This document shows positions 58,005-64,000 of a DNA stretch of 64,000 nucleotides, one piece after another. Within the stretch, counting starts at the first letter, position 1. Every line of letters begins with the position of its first letter. The notes under the pieces were generated by a model. It saw nothing but the letters and a program-made list of their open reading frames with translations. It was not told the DNA's origin and searched no databases. The stretch lies in NCBI GenBank assembly GCA_041739995.1, contig JBGSMV010000024.1:1-64000 (forward strand). Reading direction: 5' to 3'. Origin of the DNA: Bdellovibrionota bacterium (GTDB lineage: Bacteria; Bdellovibrionota_C; UBA2361; JBGSMV01). The position numbers and the translations under genes were made by a program.

Positions 58005-58208
58005 CTACCCTTCAACCAACTCAAGCGCATCAGGGCTAAGATACGAGAGGGTCCCGTTGTCCCAAAGAACATTCACCAGTAGGCCGTTCTCGGGAGATTC
58101 AACCTTTGAGGCCATCACCTCATCACGAAGCTCCTTCACCACCCCGACGCAGCCTTGGCCACCAGCTCGCTTAACTCGATCTGAGACTTTTAATGTACGC
58201 TTCGTCAT
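58005..58208 (-). CDS. Small hypothetical protein (SH3-like beta pattern)
   Basis: GGGAG RBS; LKVSDRV...GVV...VNVLWDNGTLSY...LELV. Confidence 0.55.
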   Translation of the reverse strand: MTKRTLKVSDRVKRAGGQGCVGVVKELRDEVMASKVESPENGLLVNVLWDNGTLSYLSPDALELVEG

Positions 58209-58318
58209 ATCAATCACTCCCAAAGTTGCTTGAACGATATCGCCTTCCTGGCGCTGCAACAAGCACTCGCTATAGTTGTACTTCTGCATTTCGACTGCTA
58301 GCTATCACTGTATTGATT

Positions 58319-58990
58319 ATGAAGCATCAAACGCCATCAAGGGTTCCGTGGCGAAAATTCATCGCTATCAGCTACGCCCTCGCTATTTTTACCCTGGTCT
58401 TCATTGGACGCAAGGTTGAGGCCTGGGTGCTTGACACAGTGCACCCGCTCGTCCTCGCAACTCCTCCCGCGGTCCTTGTCCCAGCCATTTGCCTTTTTGG
58501 CTTGTCTGTTGGTCTCCTAGCATGGCGAGGGTTCTCGCGTCTTTTCTCTTCGCTAGGTTTGGCCACCGTTCTCCCTGCAGCCTTCCCCCGGGTGCTAATT
58601 TGTCTTGGCGCGTTTTGCCTACTAATTTTTTTCAGCGTGTCGATACCGGGCACTCCTGCGGAGTATGCCCACCTCCCAATCTATGCCGGGTTGAGCATGC
58701 TCACCGCAGTCGCCCTGGATGAGAAATCAAACCTCCTCTCTCTGAAAAATTCTTGTCATGTTCTTGTAAAAATTGTGTCCCAACCTATGTCTTTCGCTTT
58801 TATACTCTCGAATTTGGTGAGCTTCGGCGACGAGGCTCTGCAGTGGCTGCACCCACAACGCTTCTTTGATATTCGGGACCTCGTCCTCAATTTTATCGGA
58901 ATTCTCTGGGGACTACTCTTATTCAGCGGCTCCGCTGGTAGAGGCCTCAAAGCGAAGGTCCCTCCGCCTAGCGCTCCGTCCCCCACCTAG
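58319..58990 (+). CDS. VanZ-like membrane protein
   Basis: EYAHLPIYAGL, DEALQWLHPQRFFDIRDLVLNFIG. Confidence 0.8.
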   Translation: MKHQTPSRVPWRKFIAISYALAIFTLVFIGRKVEAWVLDTVHPLVLATPPAVLVPAICLFGLSVGLLAWRGFSRLFSSLGLATVLPAAFPRVLICLGAFCLLIFFSVSIPGTPAEYAHLPIYAGLSMLTAVALDEKSNLLSLKNSCHVLVKIVSQPMSFAFILSNLVSFGDEALQWLHPQRFFDIRDLVLNFIGILWGLLLFSGSAGRGLKAKVPPPSAPSPT

Positions 58991-59020
58991 GAGTCTGTGA
59001 AAAAGGCACAGACTCCTAGG
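58986..59020. repeat. Minimal palindrome with family D ends
   Basis: CCTAGGAGTCTGTG-aaaaagg-CACAGACTCCTAGG, the same termini as 63080-63258; overlaps the VanZ stop codon. Confidence 0.8.
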
Positions 59021-59388
59021 ATCCAGGGCCAAAAAGTGGGGTATCGCCCACGGGGAACGAATAAAAGCCGCTCTCAGGACAATACGAGGAACGCCTAGAA
59101 GCGCTCAAGGAACCTAAAAAATCGGTCGAAGCTTATAAGTATGCCAGTAAGGCACCCAGGCGAACGACCGGGCTAGGTTCTGAAATTCCTCAGTCTCGAA
59201 GTCGCGCCTGAAACACTCCTTACTGCATCAAACTTAAGAAGGAAGGGAGTCCTGAGAGGGCGAACTGCCTCTCAAATTGAACAATGCTAGGAAGGCCCAA
59301 GAGCGAATAGCAGCGTTTTAGTCCCGGTGGGGACACGGTTAATTCGGGTTCAACGCGTTAGGTTGAATCCCACTTTGCGAGGGTTGGC

Positions 59389-60648
59389 ATGCCACGTGAG
59401 TTCGGAAAAAGCGGTGGTGCTCAGTTAGTTTGCTCCTTCTGTGCAAAAACTCAGGACGAGGTAAAAAAACTAGTCGCGGGTCCAGGAGTGTACATCTGCG
59501 ACGAGTGCGTCGAGCTGTGCAATGACATTCTTGTCGAAGAGCTCGCACAAGGCGTCGGGAAAACCGCACGCGTGCCAGTTCCTACCCCAAAGGAAATTCG
59601 AGCAACGCTGGACGAATATGTAATCGGCCAGGACCATGCCAAGAAAGTGCTGTCGGTTGCGGTTCATTCTCACTTCAAGAGAATCGAAACGAACTTCAAT
59701 CCAAAGTCAGATGTCGAAATTCAGAAATCAAATATTCTGTTGATTGGACCAACCGGGTCAGGCAAGACTCTCCTCGCGCAGACTCTCGCCCGCATCCTTG
59801 ATGTGCCGTTCACCATTGCTGACGCAACCACGCTGACCGAAGCAGGCTACGTCGGTGAAGATGTCGAGAACATCATCACCAACCTTCTGCAAGCTGCGGA
59901 CTACGACGTGGAAAAGGCTCAGCGCGGAATTGTCTACATCGACGAAATCGATAAGATCGGAAGAAAGAGCGACGGCCCTTCCGTGACACGCGACGTCTCT
60001 GGAGAAGGCGTACAGCAAGCGCTGCTTAAAATCATCGAGGGTACTCGTGCAAATGTGCCGCCTAAAGGCGGGCGCAAACATCCTCAGCAGGATTTCATTA
60101 CGGTCGATACCTCAAATATCCTCTTCATCGTAGGAGGCGCCTTTGATGGTGTTGAGAAAATCATTCAGCGTCGCGTCGGGAAGAAGAGCTTGGGCTTTGG
60201 CGCCGCGCTAAGCAATGCTGACAAGGTTACCGACAGCAACGTACTGCAGCACCTAGAAACTGGAGACTTAATGAGCTTTGGGATGATCCCTGAGTTCATC
60301 GGGCGTATTCCAGTGGTCGCCGCCCTTAGCCCGCTAGACGAAGCTGCTTTGATCGAAGTTCTCACCAAACCTAAGAACGCATTGGTGAAACAATATCAGC
60401 GCTTGATGAGAATCGACGGGGTTGACCTGTCATTTGCTGACGAGGCTCTCACCGCCATTGCGCACCAAGCCGTGGAAAAGAAAACTGGCGCCCGAGGACT
60501 TAGAGGGATCCTCGAAACCGCCATGCTCGAAGCGATGTACGACATTCCGAGCAACCCGTCGGTGAAGGAAATCATAGTGACTGAGGAAGTTATCACTGAA
60601 GGCAAACAGCCAGTTCTGGTGCTGCACAAACAGGCACTCGCGAGCTAG
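59389..60648 (+). CDS. clpX: ATP-dependent Clp protease ATP-binding subunit ClpX
   Basis: CSFC...ICDEC Zn finger, [42 protein letters not shown] loop, GARGLR. Confidence 0.98.
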   Translation: MPREFGKSGGAQLVCSFCAKTQDEVKKLVAGPGVYICDECVELCNDILVEELAQGVGKTARVPVPTPKEIRATLDEYVIGQDHAKKVLSVAVHSHFKRIETNFNPKSDVEIQKSNILLIGPTGSGKTLLAQTLARILDVPFTIADATTLTEAGYVGEDVENIITNLLQAADYDVEKAQRGIVYIDEIDKIGRKSDGPSVTRDVSGEGVQQALLKIIEGTRANVPPKGGRKHPQQDFITVDTSNILFIVGGAFDGVEKIIQRRVGKKSLGFGAALSNADKVTDSNVLQHLETGDLMSFGMIPEFIGRIPVVAALSPLDEAALIEVLTKPKNALVKQYQRLMRIDGVDLSFADEALTAIAHQAVEKKTGARGLRGILETAMLEAMYDIPSNPSVKEIIVTEEVITEGKQPVLVLHKQALAS

Positions 60649-60694
60649 TATTAGTCGTTCCAATGGCTAACAAAGGGCGTTAGGGGATCCAACC

Positions 60695-61726
60695 GTGCAA
60701 CAAGAGATTCAGGATGCCCAGAACACTCTCGCGCGCGAGCCCAGTCTCGCCGACCGCTTTGAGGTAATGCGCATCCTAGGCCACGGATCTTCTGCTGCGG
60801 TCTACCAAGTGCTTGACCGCAATCGCAATAAGCTGATGGCGCTTAAAGTGCTTACCAACCCCAAGGCATTTCTGGAGTCCACCATTCAGCGCTTCATCGA
60901 AGAGTTTCATGTATGCCAGTCAATTGAGCATGCGAATCTAGTACGCGCCTACGATCTCTTTGAAACAAAGAATATTATCGCATTCACTACGGAGTATGTA
61001 GACGGTGCTGACCTTGGTCGCATTATGGAGACGCGCCAGCTCTCCACCGCGGAAATTGACCTGATCTTTGAGCAGCTTCTCTCCGCCCTTGAGGAACTAC
61101 ACAAGCGCAGCATCGTGCATCGAGACATTAAGCCTGAGAATTTGATTTTAAGCCGAGACCTGTGGGTAAAAGTCGTGGACCTTGGGCTCGTAAAGCGAAT
61201 GGACGAACCAGGCATTACAAAAAGCGGCGTCATTCTAGGCACCGCTCAGTATATGCCCCCTGAGTACGTACGTACCGGTACCCATGACAGTCGCGGCGAT
61301 ATTTATGCCTGCGGCATGGTGCTGTTCGAGTTAGTCTCAGGCAAACGCCGCCTTAAAAACTACCGCGGCACCGAAGTGCTCGAGCTTCTTGACCGCACGG
61401 ACTTCGCGCTTCCTCCCATTGCGCTTCAAGGATTGCCCAAAAAATATGCAGAGATAATCAAGCGCGCCATTGCGGTGGATCCCGACCGTCGCTACCAGAC
61501 GGCTGCGGCCATGCGGGATGCGTTTGCCTACCACTTTGACGATGGAAGCGTCGAGATCGTACAGCAGCTAAGCCCCTCGATTGAGATTGAGCGTTATTCC
61601 ACCGAGATGACGCAACAAATAACCATGAAGCGTAAAGCTCACCACTTTGTCTGGCTCATTGTAGCTGCAGTGGGGATCATGCTAGCCGCCGTAGCTTTCC
61701 TCTACTTTCGTCTGCAGAACTCCTAG
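60695..61726 (+). CDS. Hanks-type Ser/Thr protein kinase with C-terminal TM helix
   Basis: LGHGSSAAVY, ALK, HRDIKPEN, DLG, GTAQYMPPE, DIYACG. Confidence 0.92.
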   Translation: MQQEIQDAQNTLAREPSLADRFEVMRILGHGSSAAVYQVLDRNRNKLMALKVLTNPKAFLESTIQRFIEEFHVCQSIEHANLVRAYDLFETKNIIAFTTEYVDGADLGRIMETRQLSTAEIDLIFEQLLSALEELHKRSIVHRDIKPENLILSRDLWVKVVDLGLVKRMDEPGITKSGVILGTAQYMPPEYVRTGTHDSRGDIYACGMVLFELVSGKRRLKNYRGTEVLELLDRTDFALPPIALQGLPKKYAEIIKRAIAVDPDRRYQTAAAMRDAFAYHFDDGSVEIVQQLSPSIEIERYSTEMTQQITMKRKAHHFVWLIVAAVGIMLAAVAFLYFRLQNS

Positions 61727-61957
61727 TTCTCCAAACCCCACCCTGCCCGACCATCACCTCCAAATGGCTTGTCACGAACAACTGTGCTACGACTTCCATA
61801 GAAGCCTTTGGGTTCTTTATCGGAGAGAGTCAGGGGACAGTTTTTATACCCCTCGTTACCCATAGTGGAGAGCTTAGAGAGGCGCACAGCGCCTCCTCGT
61901 CATTAAGCCCACGCCCGACTCGGCGTTTTTGAACACTCAAAACTTACGGATAGGATA

Positions 61958-63067
61958 ATGATTATAGTTGAGTCACAGAGTTTTACTGAGCGATTTGTGA
62001 CTGCGTTTCAGTCGGTTCCTGTTCCTCTCGTCCTCACGTTTGCTGGCGTCACCCTGACCTGCATCGGATTTTTGTGGTTTCTGCTCTCGCGGATTAGGAA
62101 GCGCTTTGGATCTGCAAATGGAAACAGCATGCTGCTTGTCGAAGCGGTGCGTACCGTTGTGGATTCAACATTCCCCTCAACCATTGTGCTGTTGTCCGTA
62201 TTAGTGGGGCTTTCTTCGGTCGGGCTTTCTGCTGACGCAAACCGCTATCTGTTCCTCGCGTTAATTGCCCTCGGAATAGTGCAAATAGCCCACTGGCTGA
62301 GCCAGGTGAGTCTGGTGTGGTTGAAAAGTAATCTGGGAAACTCCCAACACTCTTCGCTACACTCTGCATTAGGCCTCATATCTTTCGCCACTCGCCTAGT
62401 CATATGGTCGCTCGCCTTCGTCGTATTACTTAGCAATCTAGGGGTCGATGTTACCGCTCTCGTCGCTGGACTCGGCATCGGCGGTGTCGCAGTTGCATTC
62501 GCACTCCAGAATATTCTGAGCGACCTTTTCGCTTCTCTTTCGATCGTGCTCGATAGGCCATTTGAGGTGGGAGACTTCATCATCGTCGGCGATGTGCAAG
62601 GCAACGTCGAGCACATCGGTGTAAAGACCACCAAAATTCGAAGCCTTTCAGGAGAGCAAATTCTCCTCGCAAACTCAGATCTACTCGGCAGCCGCATTCG
62701 TAATTTCAAGCGCATGCGCGAGCGTCGAGTCGTGTTCAATGTGGGTATCGTCTATGAGACGCCTAGGGAGAAAGTCGCCCAGGTTCCCACCTGGATTAAG
62801 GATATTATTCTGACGGACCCCCTCGCTCGCTATGACCGGGCCCACTTCAGAAGTTTTGGTGATTTTTCGCTTAATATTGAAGTCGTTTATTTTGTGCTTT
62901 CAGCGGAATTTCTGATTTACATGGAAACTCAGCAGTCAATGAATCTGAAAATTATGGACAAGTTTGCAGCCGAAGGAGTTGAGTTCGCCTACCCTACTCA
63001 GGTCGTCCACGTTACGGGTAGCCCTGCCACCGACACAAATCAGTCTGAAGTCTCTAACGCCGCCTAG
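61958..63067 (+). CDS. mscS: Small-conductance mechanosensitive channel family protein
   Basis: LVAGLGIGGVAVAFALQNILSDLFAS, DRPFEVGDFI, GVEFAYPT. Confidence 0.92.
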   Translation: MIIVESQSFTERFVTAFQSVPVPLVLTFAGVTLTCIGFLWFLLSRIRKRFGSANGNSMLLVEAVRTVVDSTFPSTIVLLSVLVGLSSVGLSADANRYLFLALIALGIVQIAHWLSQVSLVWLKSNLGNSQHSSLHSALGLISFATRLVIWSLAFVVLLSNLGVDVTALVAGLGIGGVAVAFALQNILSDLFASLSIVLDRPFEVGDFIIVGDVQGNVEHIGVKTTKIRSLSGEQILLANSDLLGSRIRNFKRMRERRVVFNVGIVYETPREKVAQVPTWIKDIILTDPLARYDRAHFRSFGDFSLNIEVVYFVLSAEFLIYMETQQSMNLKIMDKFAAEGVEFAYPTQVVHVTGSPATDTNQSEVSNAA

Positions 63068-63079
63068 GAAAGCAAGCCC

Positions 63080-63258
63080 AGGAGTCTGTGACACAGCCCT
63101 GTTTATGAGGGTCCGCCTTCGCTCACATGTGCCGGTCTTGCTATTTAACTCTAGCAGGCTTCCCCCTTCGCTCTCTCCGTCGCCACGGCTGCGGAGGACA
63201 AGCAAGCTTCGGGGGACAAGTCGGCGGGACGTCGTCTGTGCCTGTGTCACAGACTCCT
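63080..63258. repeat. MITE family D with perfect 17-bp terminal inverted repeats and nested REP-like units
   Basis: AGGAGTCTGTGACACAG (63080-63096) and CTGTGTCACAGACTCCT (63242-63258), between convergent mscS and speA. Confidence 0.85.
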
Positions 63259-63269
63259 CGAAGCGCGGC

Positions 63270-64000
63270 CTAGCCGTAGGCCAGATAAGTATATCCTTCG
63301 AGCGCTTCGCGAAATCGTTTTTGAATTTTAGCCGCCTCTTCACCCGTCATGCGACCAGCACTAAGCTCGCGCTCTATAGTGCCGCGTAGGCGTTCAACCA
63401 GGTCCGGCGCCTCGTATTGGACATACCCCAGTGCCTCGCGGACGGTGTCTCCCTCAACTACGTGCGTGAATCGGACAGCGCCCGAAGCATCAAGATCGAC
63501 ATGCACTGCGTTGGTATCGCCAAACAAGTTATGCAGATCTCCGAGAATCTCTTGATAAGCTCCAACCAAGAATGCACCAAGATAGTACGGATCAGGATTC
63601 CTCAACGAGTGCAGCGGAAGGTACGGCTTTACATCTTTCAGATCGATAAACTTGTCGATCTTTCCGTCACTATCACAAGTCATATCAGCCAGAATCGCGC
63701 GACGACTGGGCTGCTCGCTATGGCGATGAATCGGAAGGATCGGAAACAGTTGCTCAATAGCCCAGGAGTCAGGCAAAGACTGAAACAATGAGAAATTACA
63801 GAAATAAGTGTCTAGTAAAGATTCATCTAGACGCTCGATTTCTTCTGGAACATAGCGCAGCTCTGAGGCCTCTTTACGAACCTTCGCCAAAAGATGCCAG
63901 TAGGCGGAATCAGCATAGGCGCGTTCAACCAAAGATATCCCACCTTGAATAAAGCGCTCGATCACCTCTTCACGTAGAGAATTTGCATCATGCAAAGTTT
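63270..64000 (-). CDS. speA: Biosynthetic arginine decarboxylase, C-terminal part (5' end beyond the window)
   Basis: YFCNFSLFQSLPDSWAIEQLFPILP, DMTCDSDG, GAYQEILGDLHNLFGDT, GYTYL. Confidence 0.96.
   Translation of the reverse strand, partial: TLHDANSLREEVIERFIQGGISLVERAYADSAYWHLLAKVRKEASELRYVPEEIERLDESLLDTYFCNFSLFQSLPDSWAIEQLFPILPIHRHSEQPSRRAILADMTCDSDGKIDKFIDLKDVKPYLPLHSLRNPDPYYLGAFLVGAYQEILGDLHNLFGDTNAVHVDLDASGAVRFTHVVEGDTVREALGYVQYEAPDLVERLRGTIERELSAGRMTGEEAAKIQKRFREALEGYTYLAYG

Noticed and set aside
59021..60648. clpX without adjacent clpP/tig
   Set aside because: Stand-alone clpX is not rare, and the protein looks canonical (Zn finger, LGF loop).

Overview
Bacterial chromosomal window from a Gram-negative, flagellated, delta-proteobacterium/Bdellovibrionota-like organism (lineage inferred from gene content only). 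Housekeeping and envelope genes dominate: ahcY, comEC, apaG, tRNA-Thr(CGT), fabH, msrB, a DEAD-box helicase, ctaA, motAB, flgM, riboflavin synthase, an mlaEFD-pqiC-type operon, purC, def-fmt-rpe, clpX, mscS and a partial speA. Mobile DNA includes an ISCR/IS91-like transposase, an rve/ISNCY-type transposase with paired end motifs, a catalytically eroded homologue of it, an inverted-repeat-flanked GxxExxY gene and four families of small non-autonomous repeats. The most striking feature is a ~2.5 kb region with no convincing protein gene (11.9-14.4 kb). It holds a candidate ~950-nt, highly structured minus-strand non-coding RNA (about 13225->12277) with about nine GNRA tetraloops, a C(UUCG)G loop, long-range helices, a weak promoter-like site and a clear intrinsic terminator. 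I cannot assign it to a known RNA family by eye. A separate cluster of long hairpins lies just upstream. No CRISPR array or rRNA was seen. All family assignments are by visual motif recognition; no database searches were run.
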